64,000 nt of DNA from an uncultured Spirochaetota bacterium (GTDB taxonomy: Bacteria > Spirochaetota > Brevinematia > Brevinematales > JAOACQ01): the NCBI GenBank assembly GCA_963783575.1, contig CAWAOD010000005.1, positions 544,001-608,000 on the forward strand. The letters run 5' to 3'. Below, in pieces: positions 49,847 to 59,749 of this stretch (position 1 is its first letter; each line of letters starts with the position of its first letter). Both the position numbers and the translations under genes were made by a program. Below the pieces are notes generated by a model, which was not told the origin of the DNA, made no database searches, and saw only the letters and a program-made list of their open reading frames with translations.

Positions 49847-50640
49847 AAAAAGGATGGGCTGAAGTATGGATTCCCGTTATTATTTTTAACGCTGTCTTTA
49901 CCTTTCCGGGACTGGTACTTGTCTTTTATACCTTCTCCTCAATGTGGAAATTCCCGGAGATAATACCGGGGCGTTATGATTTCCACAGTTTCAATTATCT
50001 ACTGAAAGAAGCCCCGGGAATAATAAAAAGCCTCGCCTCTTCTTTAATTTATTCGATCTGTTCAGTTGCAGCCACATTTGTCATATCTGTTTTACCGGCA
50101 TCTGTTTTTGCCCGCTACAGCTTTCCTTTCCGCAGACTTCTCGAAGGATTATTCCTTGCGCCGGCATTGATACCTTCCATGGCTTTTTCTATGGGAATCC
50201 ATATCTTATTCATTAAAGCGGGACTTTCCGATACTCTAACCGGAGTTGTAATTGTATTGTCGATTGTTAATTATCCTTATATGCTGAGGGCGCTGACAGC
50301 CGGTTTTCAATCTTATGGATTCTCTTATACCGAATGTGCTGGGAATCTTGGAGCCGGCTTTTTCCAGACCCTCCTTGAAGTGGAAATCCCTCTTTTAATA
50401 CCGGCCATTGTTTCCGGCGGATCTGTTGTTTTTCTTATTTCCTTCTCTGAGTATTTCCTTGTATTTCTTATAGGCGGGGGCAGCGTTCCTTCCTATACGG
50501 GTTATTTATTCCCTCTTCTCAATTCTTCGGATAGGAGCACGGCTTCATTATTAACTTTGATCTTCCTCATTCTTCCCGTTATGCTTTTTTTTCTAATTGA
50601 TTTAATGGTAATGCGGATTTATAGAAAAAAAGGGATATAA
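49843..50640 (+). CDS. ABC transporter permease (PotC-like; YnjC C-half-like)
   Basis: WKFPEIIP, ECAGNLGA EAA-like motif, FLISFSEYF..LIGGG. Confidence 0.85.
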   Translation: MKKGWAEVWIPVIIFNAVFTFPGLVLVFYTFSSMWKFPEIIPGRYDFHSFNYLLKEAPGIIKSLASSLIYSICSVAATFVISVLPASVFARYSFPFRRLLEGLFLAPALIPSMAFSMGIHILFIKAGLSDTLTGVVIVLSIVNYPYMLRALTAGFQSYGFSYTECAGNLGAGFFQTLLEVEIPLLIPAIVSGGSVVFLISFSEYFLVFLIGGGSVPSYTGYLFPLLNSSDRSTASLLTLIFLILPVMLFFLIDLMVMRIYRKKGI

Positions 50641-50655
50641 TAAAGTCTCCGGCCC

Positions 50656-51858
50656 CTATTTTCCAAGGACTTCCCGGCTCCAGCCATCCTCGAGTTTTTC
50701 AACATAAGCCGAAGGTATTTCAGGAACGCCGTTCTTCGCCAGTATTTCAAGCGGAAGCGTTGCCTCTCCGAGATCAAGCTTATGGAAGTTATTCTGCCAT
50801 TCGCTAGAAAGCCGCTTAATATCGAGGACGGTAAAATCCCCCCAATTTTTAGGTTCATTCTTGGAATACTGGGCTTCGGGAGACATTAAAAAATTAGCGA
50901 CCATCATGGCACCCGCTTTATTCCGCGCGTTATAAGCGATCGCGGTAAAATGAGTATTGAATATGGAACAATCCTGCATTACAGTAGTCCTGACTGTTGA
51001 AGGATAACGGCCTTCTATAATCCGGTTCTGAGCATCGGCCTGGTGGTACGACATATTGAAATCCACTTCTCCCCTTTCAAAAAGAGTATCGAGAGCGGCT
51101 ATATCCTTCGGATATGTTTTTCCCTCCTGCCATAGGAAGGGTTTCATATCGTTCAGATATTTCCAGAGGCTTTTTGTCTTTTCTTTAAAAAGATTTTCGT
51201 CATAACCCTTCATATATTGCATAAATCCCCCGGTCGAGGCGTAAAAAGCCTGCCGGATAAATGCCGAGCCCGTGAAGTCCGGAGGCTGGGGATATGTAAA
51301 ACGGCCGTGGTTTTTCTTAACCCATGCGAGCAATTCCGAAAAATTTTTTGGAGGATTCCCGATCTTTGCCGAATCGTACTCAAAAACGAATTGCGCCCTT
51401 CCATATGGAGCTTCAAAGCCTTTAACAGGATAACCGAAATCAAATTCAACCGATACGGGATCAACATAATTTTTGAAATTTGGCAGTTTTTGAGTAAATG
51501 GCCCAAAAAGAAGCCCGTTTTCCATAGCATCGCGAAAATTTTCACCGTTAATCCATACCAGGTCGATCGTACCGCTTGATTTTCCGGCCTGTTTCTCACT
51601 TAGAAGCTTATTTACAAATACTCTTGCATCAGCAGGAACCCTGACAAGGTTAATCTCATAACGCGATTTTACTTCCTTCGTAACATATTCGTCTATCCAT
51701 AGATTAATACTTGCGGATCCTCCCCACATATAAAAATTTACCGTAGTATTCCTGGCTGCTTTTTCAATTTCATCATAATTCTTTGAAAGCCAATCGGTGT
51801 CAAAATGCTTAGAGCAGGAACCGAATAAAACCAATAATAAAACAAAAAGTTTTTTCAT
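50656..51858 (-). CDS. ynjB: YnjB-like ABC substrate-binding lipoprotein
   Basis: Lipobox; VNFYMWGGS..IN, DLVWINGENF, GRFTYPQPPDFTGSAF, NTHFTAI..NA, ANFLMSPEAQ, WGD motifs typical of YnjB. Confidence 0.85.
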   Translation of the reverse strand: MKKLFVLLLVLFGSCSKHFDTDWLSKNYDEIEKAARNTTVNFYMWGGSASINLWIDEYVTKEVKSRYEINLVRVPADARVFVNKLLSEKQAGKSSGTIDLVWINGENFRDAMENGLLFGPFTQKLPNFKNYVDPVSVEFDFGYPVKGFEAPYGRAQFVFEYDSAKIGNPPKNFSELLAWVKKNHGRFTYPQPPDFTGSAFIRQAFYASTGGFMQYMKGYDENLFKEKTKSLWKYLNDMKPFLWQEGKTYPKDIAALDTLFERGEVDFNMSYHQADAQNRIIEGRYPSTVRTTVMQDCSIFNTHFTAIAYNARNKAGAMMVANFLMSPEAQYSKNEPKNWGDFTVLDIKRLSSEWQNNFHKLDLGEATLPLEILAKNGVPEIPSAYVEKLEDGWSREVLGK

Positions 51859-51878
51859 ATTTCCTCCCGACTCACCCC

Positions 51879-53229
51879 CATAAGCGCTAACTTGTTAAGG
51901 AAAAATATTCCACAATTTGCATTTTTCTTCTTCTCTTTTTATTAATAAGTCCTCTGGAAATTCTTATCCAATTTATAAAAATACCGGTAAGCGAAAGGCA
52001 TGGAATAATTACTCTCTGCATTTCATGAAGCATAAATGCAAATTCACGCCAACGGCTTACTATCCCTGCCCTGATTAATAATATCATAACCCCAGGGGGA
52101 AAAAGTCTGGGCTTGCCAGATAAGTTTGTCGTTTAACAGGGCCACAAACAATTTGCCATACAGCCAAGCCTTGGAACTTTCATCTGTATATTTAGGCAAA
52201 TGCCCAAGTTCCGCAAGTTGCTTAAAACGTTTAAATACTAATTCAACCTGCCATCGTAATCTATACCATCGCAGTATTTCTGCCGGCGGAAAACTTGACT
52301 CTTCAAAAGTTGTGAATACAATCACAAACTCCGCATATATTAGTGTCTCCGGTTTTAACTTCTGACTCTTTTTTATAGCATGCTTTTTAATACGTTTGTG
52401 AGCCTTAAGAATAGCTTGTTCAGATTTTCTTATAACACAAACTCTACCGGAAACAGTGGTTTTATCAGGGCATTGTAAATGAACATTCCATGAACATGCT
52501 TGTCCCGATTTCGAAACTTCTGATAATCTATCCAGCCAATTAAATGGCTTACCGGATGAATCGCTAACTACAACATGATGAGGGCTGATGCGGACCAATA
52601 GAGAAGCTTTCTGCTCAACGGCAAACTTTATTCCCGGAGCCTGACCATAACCTCGATCACCTATAATATAATCACCCGGTTTCAAATCAAATTGTTTAAA
52701 CGACTCACCCGTCCCTATACCGTTCATTTGAGTTACGCGAAAGTAGTCACACTTGAATGTAGGTAGTCTAAGACTGTAATGAACCTTCCATAAACTTCCC
52801 GTCCTTCCAGGTTCTTTAACTACAGTAGCATCAAGAAGGCGAACTTCAAATCCATCTTTATTTTCCAGTTTCACACCTCGCTCCTCAAATAAACCTTCAC
52901 ATAATGACGCCAACCAATCCGAACTCTTTCTTAATCGCTTCAGCAAGGCAACATCAGATAAATCTGCTAAATTGGCTTCACGAGCCCTTACTACTGTTTC
53001 TCTTAGAGAAAACCCGCCAGCCAGATGAATCAAAAGGGTTCTGAGCAAGTCCTCCTCAGATTTGCACTTACGCAATCCCCTTAATGCACCCGTTTCCTTT
53101 GCCTTTTCACGCCAACCTATTGGAAACATTGAAACTAAAATATTCCAATCTTCATTAATCATAGCCACCTCCATATAAATATTATAGCTATGATTTGTAA
53201 AAATATCAAGAATCAAGTTAGCGCTTATG
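51879..53229 (-). mobile_element. IS4-family (IS186/IS421-like) insertion sequence, 1351 bp
   Basis: Perfect 16-bp IRs CATAAGCGCTAACTTG / CAAGTTAGCGCTTATG; 4-bp CCCC target duplication; internal promoter TTGATA-17-TATAAT (53209-53181). Confidence 0.92.
52044..53162 (-). CDS. IS4 family transposase (IS186-like)
   Basis: LSDVALLKRLR, LLDAT, GDRGY, YRLRWQVELVFKRFK (YREK motif). Start ATG 53162 after GGAGG. Confidence 0.93.
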   Translation of the reverse strand: MINEDWNILVSMFPIGWREKAKETGALRGLRKCKSEEDLLRTLLIHLAGGFSLRETVVRAREANLADLSDVALLKRLRKSSDWLASLCEGLFEERGVKLENKDGFEVRLLDATVVKEPGRTGSLWKVHYSLRLPTFKCDYFRVTQMNGIGTGESFKQFDLKPGDYIIGDRGYGQAPGIKFAVEQKASLLVRISPHHVVVSDSSGKPFNWLDRLSEVSKSGQACSWNVHLQCPDKTTVSGRVCVIRKSEQAILKAHKRIKKHAIKKSQKLKPETLIYAEFVIVFTTFEESSFPPAEILRWYRLRWQVELVFKRFKQLAELGHLPKYTDESSKAWLYGKLFVALLNDKLIWQAQTFSPWGYDIINQGRDSKPLA

Positions 53230-53276
53230 CCCCCCTTCCCCCTCTCTTTGGTAAAGAGAGGGGGAAGGGGGGTGAG
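53230..53276. repeat. REP-like G/C-run palindrome (left tip displaced to 51871-51878 by the IS)
   Basis: CCCCCCTTCCCCCTCTCTTT-GGT-AAAGAGAGGGGGAAGGGGGGTGAG; CTCACCCC on the far side of the IS completes a 24-bp stem. Confidence 0.85.
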
Positions 53277-53280
53277 AATT

Positions 53281-54225
53281 TCAATCCTCTATATTAAGCC
53301 TCAATTTTACGCGATCACCGGCCCTGATCCCGCCATGAATACGGTAAACTGTGCAAATCCAGTCTTCAATTGAAACACGGTATATGATAAAATGACCTGC
53401 AAAACGCACTTCCTCGACAATGCCGGGTCCCATGTCATCTTTTTCTATGGTAAATGACTCGGCCCTGGCATAAATTTCCGACCGCTCTTTCAAATTGCTT
53501 TTATTAATTCCAAGGATATTATGAAGTTTTTCCGGTATGATATTTACATGTCCTAGAAAATCCGCCACTTCTAGGGACACGGGACGATTATAGACTTCAT
53601 AAACGGAATCATACTGGCAAAGCACTCCTCCTATCATAATACCAATCCTATCCGAAATCATAAAAGCTTCCTGAAGGTCATGCGTAACAAGGAGAGTGGT
53701 GATTTTAAATTCCTTCTGAGTTTTCCGGATAAAATCCGCCATTTCGAACTTAAGGTTTTTATCCAGGTTGGCAAAAGGCTCATCTAAAAGTAAAAGCTCA
53801 GGGCTTAGCACCATAGCCCGGGCTATGGCAACCCGCTGCTTCTGCCCGGCAGAAAGCTCGGCAGGATATGAGCTTGATTTTTCAAAAATTCCAAAATGCT
53901 TGAGGATCTCTTGCACCTTAATCCGAATATCTTTTTTGTTTTCATGCCGGGCACGAAGGCCGAACGAGATATTGTCAAATACGTTCATGGTAGGGAAAAG
54001 AACATAGTCCTGAAAAACAAGTATCGCCGAAAAATTATTTTGTTTTTCAATGCTTCCGGCATCAGGATTTTCCAATCCCGCAATAATTTTAAGAAGCGTG
54101 GTTTTCCCTGCTCCCGAAGGGCCGATAATTGAAACCAGCTGTGCTTCATCTACGGCAAAACAAATATCTTTTAAAACGGACTTTCCATTATACTGCTTGC
54201 AAAGTCCTTCTACTTTAAGAACCAT
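53281..54225 (-). CDS. ABC transporter ATP-binding protein (PotA/YnjD-like)
   Basis: GPSGAGKT, VFQDYVLFP, LSAGQKQR, LLLDEPFANLD; C-terminal TOBE-like region. Confidence 0.92.
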   Translation of the reverse strand: MVLKVEGLCKQYNGKSVLKDICFAVDEAQLVSIIGPSGAGKTTLLKIIAGLENPDAGSIEKQNNFSAILVFQDYVLFPTMNVFDNISFGLRARHENKKDIRIKVQEILKHFGIFEKSSSYPAELSAGQKQRVAIARAMVLSPELLLLDEPFANLDKNLKFEMADFIRKTQKEFKITTLLVTHDLQEAFMISDRIGIMIGGVLCQYDSVYEVYNRPVSLEVADFLGHVNIIPEKLHNILGINKSNLKERSEIYARAESFTIEKDDMGPGIVEEVRFAGHFIIYRVSIEDWICTVYRIHGGIRAGDRVKLRLNIED

Positions 54226-55208
54226 TCAGCCTCGCTTAAGTAAGACTTTATTTTCTTAAAAGTCGCTTCGTTTTTAATAGGCCTGGGAAGATGGACATAT
54301 TCATAATACGCCATATAACACCAGGACATAGCCCTCAAAAGAATTACGCTTTCTGTCAATAATGTCCTCTCCTGTAAAATTTCAAGACTGACACCAGGTA
54401 AAGCCCGTGAATGGTAACTTTTCAGGAAAAGCCTCTTTTCATCATCCGAAAAACGGTAATTTATTTTCCAGAGCGTTGTCGTTGCAACAAGAAAATGAGC
54501 AAGATCCAGATATCGGTATGAAAACACCGCCTTTTCCCAGTCGACCAGGCAGCTTTTATTTTCCCCGATTATAAAATTATGAGAGTTTACTTCCGTATTC
54601 ACAACACATAAAGATTCACCCTCAAAAATTCGGCCCGGATCCTCAAACCTCTTAACCAGCCGGTCATGATAATTAAGAAGAAGGTTATAAACACCGGGAT
54701 ATTCTACGGCCGGGTATTTTTCAAGCATCCTTATGCTCTCGGACATAACTTCATCAAAAGGATCACTCTGAATGATCAATTCTCCTTTCCTCAGGACGCC
54801 GTGGATTTTTGCGAAAATAAAAGCCGCCCGGTCAACGTCTTTTGTATAATCCAGGGGCCTTCCCTCAATATATTCCTCCAGTAATACGCCATTAAACACT
54901 ATGCCATTGTTCATTGTTCCAATAACTGCTTCAGGGTTTTCAGTATTAAATTCTTTATCATAATAAAAGGCGCGAGGCGTCACGCCGGTTTCTTCAATGA
55001 GTTTTAATGTCTTAAACTCGTATTCAATCTGGCTTGAAAGTCCAAGCTGGCTTCCCTGGTTTATCCGGAAAACGTATATTCCCGATTTATCAATGATGCG
55101 GTAATTAGTGTTGTACTCGCCGGAGGCTAAAAATTCCACATTCTGTATGGCCGATAGCCAGCCTTTCCTTTCGGCAAATTCTTTAATCGATTCCGGAATA
55201 TCAGCCAT
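54210..55208 (-). CDS. Aminoglycoside phosphotransferase / choline kinase family protein
   Basis: ASGEYNTNY P-loop region, VFRIN, Brenner-like VNTEVNSHNF, LVDWEKA, DLAHF. Confidence 0.82.
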   Translation of the reverse strand: MADIPESIKEFAERKGWLSAIQNVEFLASGEYNTNYRIIDKSGIYVFRINQGSQLGLSSQIEYEFKTLKLIEETGVTPRAFYYDKEFNTENPEAVIGTMNNGIVFNGVLLEEYIEGRPLDYTKDVDRAAFIFAKIHGVLRKGELIIQSDPFDEVMSESIRMLEKYPAVEYPGVYNLLLNYHDRLVKRFEDPGRIFEGESLCVVNTEVNSHNFIIGENKSCLVDWEKAVFSYRYLDLAHFLVATTTLWKINYRFSDDEKRLFLKSYHSRALPGVSLEILQERTLLTESVILLRAMSWCYMAYYEYVHLPRPIKNEATFKKIKSYLSEAEWFLK

Positions 55209-55335
55209 TTTTTATTATGCCTCACCTGAAATTTTCTTATTATAGTTTTCATAAAAATTAATTGCAAAATTTATTGATGTTCAATTATTGAATGATTACT
55301 ATTTAATATAGAATTGGCAATAAAGGAGGTATTTT

Positions 55336-56073
55336 ATGCCAAAAGATAAAGTTTCTTATTGGATTACATTACCGGGTTTTATTGTGGCTGTCATTTCCGC
55401 GCTTATCTCACTCATGGCGGGGATAGGAACGAGATTTGACTGGTGGTTTTTCCGAACGGGGCTCACTATCATCGCCGCTTCTGCATTTGTAGGAATAGCG
55501 GGCATTGTTATTTCACTCATAGGAATAATAGCCGTGATTTTTTTGAAAGTAAAAAAGGGTTTAACATATACGATCTTGGGGCTTGTTATCAGCCTTTTAG
55601 TAGCTGGAGGTCCCTGGTCTATGATGAAAATCGCGAAATCTGTACCCCCCATTCATGACATTACCACAGACATGGCTAATCCTCCCCAGTTTTCGGCGGT
55701 ATTAACTCTTCGGAAAAATGCCGTAAATCCGCCCGAATACGGGGGAGCAGTAATCGCGGCTCAGCAGGAAAAAGCCTACCCTGATATCAAACCATTGATT
55801 CTGAATATACCGGCGGACCAGGCTTTTGATAAGGCGCTGAAAACGGCCCAAAAGATGAAATGGAGTATTGTCTCGACAAACCGGGAGGGTGGGATTATTG
55901 AAGCGACAGCAACAACCTTCTGGATGGGCTTTAAGGACGATATTGTCATCCGGATCGCGGTAAAAGACACAGGCAGTCTCCTTGATATCAGGTCCGAATC
56001 CCGTGTCGGAAAGGGAGATTTCGGTGCAAACGCGAAAAGGTTAAGGAGATTTTTAAAAGAAATGCAGAAATAG
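55336..56073 (+). CDS. DUF1499 domain membrane protein
   Basis: 3 N-terminal TMs; PPIHDITTD, Q..AYPDIKP, GFKDDIVIR, DIRSESRVGKGDFGANAKR. Confidence 0.85.
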   Translation: MPKDKVSYWITLPGFIVAVISALISLMAGIGTRFDWWFFRTGLTIIAASAFVGIAGIVISLIGIIAVIFLKVKKGLTYTILGLVISLLVAGGPWSMMKIAKSVPPIHDITTDMANPPQFSAVLTLRKNAVNPPEYGGAVIAAQQEKAYPDIKPLILNIPADQAFDKALKTAQKMKWSIVSTNREGGIIEATATTFWMGFKDDIVIRIAVKDTGSLLDIRSESRVGKGDFGANAKRLRRFLKEMQK

Positions 56074-56092
56074 AAATCTTAAAGGATGTAAA

Positions 56093-56800
56093 ATGACGAT
56101 TTCTGTTATCATTCCGGTTTATGGGGAAGAAGATAAAATCAATGAAATAATAAGCAGACTGAAGGAACAGGCGAATTATTCAGCCTGCGAAATTGAGGTA
56201 GTTTTTTGCAGAACGGATGAAGGAGTAGAACTTAGCGGGCTTGAATCAACCGGTTCACAAATGAAGATCAGGTTTGTTATGTCGGGAAAAGGCCGGGGGT
56301 TACAGATGAATACAGGAACGAAAGCCTCGGCAGGCGATGTTCTGCTTTTTCTGCATGCGGACAGCGTTCTGCCAGATAATGCGTTTGGAAAGATAAAATC
56401 TGCGCTTTCCGATACTGCGATATCCGGGGGTGCTTTCTCTCTCAGGATTGACGTAAAACATCTTTTTTTAAAAGCAGTATCCGCTGTTACAAACCTTCGC
56501 TGCCGGTTAAACCGTATTCCTTACGGCGATCAGGCTTTTTTTATAAGAAAAGATATCTTTGATAAAATCGGCGGATTTAAAGAAATACCGATCATGGAGG
56601 ATGTGGAGCTTATGCGCCGTATCAGAAATGCAGGGTTAAAGATTGCAATACTGAAGGATAAAGTTACGACTTCTGCAAGGCGCTGGGAGAAAGAGGGCTT
56701 TTTTTACACAACAATACGCAACAGGTTTCTTTCGCTTCTTTATACGTTTGGAGTTAAGCCGGAAAAGCTTGCAAATTATTACAGGCCGCATTCGGATTAA
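56093..56800 (+). CDS. TIGR04283-type GT2 glycosyltransferase (rSAM/selenodomain- or arsenosugar-associated transferase 2)
   Basis: ISVIIP, GRGLQMNTG, LLFLHAD, PYGDQAFFI, IPIMEDVEL, TTSARRW. Confidence 0.87.
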   Translation: MTISVIIPVYGEEDKINEIISRLKEQANYSACEIEVVFCRTDEGVELSGLESTGSQMKIRFVMSGKGRGLQMNTGTKASAGDVLLFLHADSVLPDNAFGKIKSALSDTAISGGAFSLRIDVKHLFLKAVSAVTNLRCRLNRIPYGDQAFFIRKDIFDKIGGFKEIPIMEDVELMRRIRNAGLKIAILKDKVTTSARRWEKEGFFYTTIRNRFLSLLYTFGVKPEKLANYYRPHSD

Positions 56801-56810
56801 GGCAGGAATT

Positions 56811-57485
56811 ATGAAAGATAAAGGGATTATACTATTCCTGAAATATCCCGAAGCAGGAAAAGTCAAGACCCGGATAGGGGCCGAGCTTGGGGATGATTTT
56901 ACGGTAGTTCTTTACAAAAAATTTGTGTCGGACATTTTAAAAAAGATTTCATCACTTGAGCCGGATTTGATTATTTATTTTACACCCATGGAAAAGCAAA
57001 AAGAAATCGCTGATTGGCTCGGTTATTCCTTACCTGTTATTCCCCAGTCCGGGAATAATGTCGGTGAAAGGATGCGCAGCGCTTTCCGTGAGCAATTTAT
57101 GGCTGGTTACAGCAGGCTGATCCTTATAGGAAGCGATATTCCCCATATTCCTTCAATATACCTGTTAAACGCATTGAATTTTCTGGAAAATAAGATCCCG
57201 GTTATCGGACCGGCTTCCGATGGGGGATATTACCTGATCGGGTTTAACCGTAATAATTTTCTGCCTTCCGTATTCGAGGGCATCAATTGGAGCACCGGTT
57301 CGGTCTTTACAGAAACTATTACGGCTTTTGAGAAATATGGGTTTAAACCCTCGGTTTTACCGGTATTGAGCGACATCGATACGGCGGACGATTTAAGAAA
57401 AATCCTCCGTGAATATGAAATGTCGGAACTGCCCGAAACTTCTCGTTTCTGGAACCGGGAAAAAGGAAGAATTTATGGACCCTAA
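56811..57485 (+). CDS. TIGR04282/DUF2064-type CofC-like transferase (rSAM/selenodomain- or arsenosugar-associated transferase 1)
   Basis: KYPEAGKVKTR, Q.G..GERM, IGSDIP, IGPASDGGYYLIG, I.WST, DIDT..DL. Start moved to ATG 56811. Confidence 0.87.
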   Translation: MKDKGIILFLKYPEAGKVKTRIGAELGDDFTVVLYKKFVSDILKKISSLEPDLIIYFTPMEKQKEIADWLGYSLPVIPQSGNNVGERMRSAFREQFMAGYSRLILIGSDIPHIPSIYLLNALNFLENKIPVIGPASDGGYYLIGFNRNNFLPSVFEGINWSTGSVFTETITAFEKYGFKPSVLPVLSDIDTADDLRKILREYEMSELPETSRFWNREKGRIYGP

Positions 57486-58272
57486 AACTTTATCCGGTAT
57501 TATCTCATTTTTTTCAGTATTTATTCTGGAAAGGTCTTTTCCGCATTATTCCGGAAGACTTCACCATTCGCGCCACACTTTGTATAATCTCTCTATAACA
57601 CTATTGAATGGAATCCTGGGCCGGTTTATTTTTTTGAGTGTGAATATCCTGATCTTCAGTTTTATTGGATTGAAGCGGGCCGGTTTAATTTATTTATTTC
57701 CTCTGCCATATCTGCCGAGGGCGGCAATTGCGTTGCTCCTGTTTGATCTCTGGATGTACTTCTGGCACCTCGCCAATCACCGTATACCTTTATTCTGGCT
57801 TTTTCACCGCGCCCACCATAATGATCCAGAGATGGACGCCTCGACAAGCCTGCGCCTGCATCCGGTTGAGATATGCTTTTCATCGGTAATCCGGCTGCCG
57901 GTTTTTTTGTTGATAGGTATGGATGTTTCAATGCTTGCCATTTATGAATCCGTACTCATGGTCTCTATTTTATTTCATCACAGTAATATTTCATTACCGG
58001 TAAAGGCAGATAAGATTCTGAGGATTTTTATCGTTACACCGGATATGCACCGGATGCATCATTCTATTAATCCGGATGAAATAAACTCAAACTATTCGTC
58101 GATTATCTCCATCTGGGACAGAATATTCAATACTTTTACAAAATGGGGGAACACAAAAGCCATGCCGCTGGGGCTTCGTGTTTTCAGGGAGAAGAAGTGG
58201 CAGACACCCTTGGGAATCCTGGCGGTACCTTTTATGGGAGAAAATAACGGAGGGAACAATGGAAAAGAATGA
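57475..58272 (+). CDS. Sterol desaturase / fatty acid hydroxylase family protein
   Basis: His boxes WHLANH, FHRAHH, FHHSN, HRMHH; NYSS..IWDRIF. Start ATG 57475. Confidence 0.9.
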   Translation: MDPKTLSGIISFFSVFILERSFPHYSGRLHHSRHTLYNLSITLLNGILGRFIFLSVNILIFSFIGLKRAGLIYLFPLPYLPRAAIALLLFDLWMYFWHLANHRIPLFWLFHRAHHNDPEMDASTSLRLHPVEICFSSVIRLPVFLLIGMDVSMLAIYESVLMVSILFHHSNISLPVKADKILRIFIVTPDMHRMHHSINPDEINSNYSSIISIWDRIFNTFTKWGNTKAMPLGLRVFREKKWQTPLGILAVPFMGENNGGNNGKE

Positions 58273-59749
58273 TTTTGATGTCATAGTAATCGGGGGAGGG
58301 GCGGCGGGCATTTCTGCCGTAAAAACGGCCCACGGGTTTGGAAAAAAAACCGCGATAGTTGAGAACAAAAAACTCGGAGGGGAATGCACATGGAACGGAT
58401 GTGTTCCGAGTAAGGCGCTGATTCATGCTGCCGATAAAGCATTTTCCATCAAATCTGAGGCAATAATGGCTGGCAGGAATGTCTCCGAATTTATATCCGC
58501 GGAGGGTTTAACCAAAGGAGGCATGGCCTCTGAAGAAAAGGTAAAAAAAGCCCTGAAATATGTGGAAAAAGTAATACAAAATGTCTATTCCGAAGAAAAT
58601 CCTGAAAGCTTTGAAAAAGCAGGAATCACCGTAATAAAGGGGAAAGCCGTTTTTATCGACAGCCGGACAATTTCAGTTGATGGAAAAAAGCTTAGGGCAG
58701 CCAGGTTCATAATTGCGGCGGGCTCTTCTCCATTTATACCTCCTGTTGAAGGTATAGATAAAGTCCCATATTATACCAATGAAAGCATTTTTGAAATGAC
58801 TGAAATACCTTCCTCGATGATAGTCCTTGGAGGCGGCCCGATAGGGATTGAGCTGGCGCAGGCTTTTGGCCGACTGGGCGTAAAAATAACTGTCGTTGAG
58901 ATGCTTGAGCGCATACTTTTCAGGGAAGATCCCGAACTTACCGGTCTTCTGGAATCACGCCTGCGTTCGGAAGGGATCACACTCCTGACGGGAACGAAGG
59001 CTCTTAAATTTGAGCCGGGTGACGACGGTGTCTCATTGATCATTGAAAATAAACAGAAGGAAAAACAGATGATCTCAGGCCGGGCCGTACTTGTGGCGGT
59101 GGGACGAAGGCCGAATATTGAAGGGCTTAATCCGGATAATGCACGTATAAAATTTACAAAACAGGGAATATTGGTAAACGCTTATCTCCAGACAAGCCAG
59201 CCTAATATTTATGCCTGCGGCGACATTGTCGGCCCGTATTATTTCAGCCATGTGGCCGGGTACCAGGGCATTACGGCCGGAATAAACGTTTCGATCCCCT
59301 TCCGCAGGAAGGCCGACTACAGCCAGGTTCTCTGGACTACTTATTCCGATCCTGAATTGGCAAGGGCCGGGTTGACTGAAGCCGAGGCTAAAGAAAAATT
59401 TGGAAAATCCGTTAGGGTATACAGGGTGCCTTACTCCAAACTCGACAGGGCTAAAACCGAAAGCAGGGAAGAAGGTCTTGCCAAATACATCCTCAATAAA
59501 AAAGGCAGGCTGATCGGGGCCCACATTTTTGGCCATCTTGCCGGTGAATTGATCCACGAGGCGCAATTGGCCCGCGTTTTGAAATTCAATTTTACCCGCC
59601 TTCAATCCGTTATGCATGCCTACCCGTCTTATTCTGATATCATACGGCAGGCCTCTAGGGACGCTTACCTGTATAGAATCCGCAGCAACCCGGTTGTAAA
59701 ACTGGCAGTCCGGCTGGCAGGTCTCTTTTCCGCAAAAAAGGAGAAATAA
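58259..59749 (+). CDS. Class I pyridine nucleotide-disulfide oxidoreductase (LpdA/MerA-like, no MerA Cys pair)
   Basis: IGGGAAG, LGGECTWNGCVPSK redox disulfide, GGGPIGIELAQ, C-terminal HAYPSYS. Start ATG 58259. Confidence 0.88.
   Translation: MEKNDFDVIVIGGGAAGISAVKTAHGFGKKTAIVENKKLGGECTWNGCVPSKALIHAADKAFSIKSEAIMAGRNVSEFISAEGLTKGGMASEEKVKKALKYVEKVIQNVYSEENPESFEKAGITVIKGKAVFIDSRTISVDGKKLRAARFIIAAGSSPFIPPVEGIDKVPYYTNESIFEMTEIPSSMIVLGGGPIGIELAQAFGRLGVKITVVEMLERILFREDPELTGLLESRLRSEGITLLTGTKALKFEPGDDGVSLIIENKQKEKQMISGRAVLVAVGRRPNIEGLNPDNARIKFTKQGILVNAYLQTSQPNIYACGDIVGPYYFSHVAGYQGITAGINVSIPFRRKADYSQVLWTTYSDPELARAGLTEAEAKEKFGKSVRVYRVPYSKLDRAKTESREEGLAKYILNKKGRLIGAHIFGHLAGELIHEAQLARVLKFNFTRLQSVMHAYPSYSDIIRQASRDAYLYRIRSNPVVKLAVRLAGLFSAKKEK

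Noticed and set aside
55285..55310. Fur/Zur-type box in the divergent promoter of the transferase cluster (GAATGATTACTATTT)
   Set aside because: Too many mismatches to the consensus to distinguish from AT-rich background.
58259..59749. Mercuric reductase MerA or true dihydrolipoamide dehydrogenase
   Set aside because: No N-terminal metal-binding domain or C-terminal Cys-Cys pair, no mer genes, no 2-oxoacid dehydrogenase neighbours, and HAYPS instead of HPTxxE.
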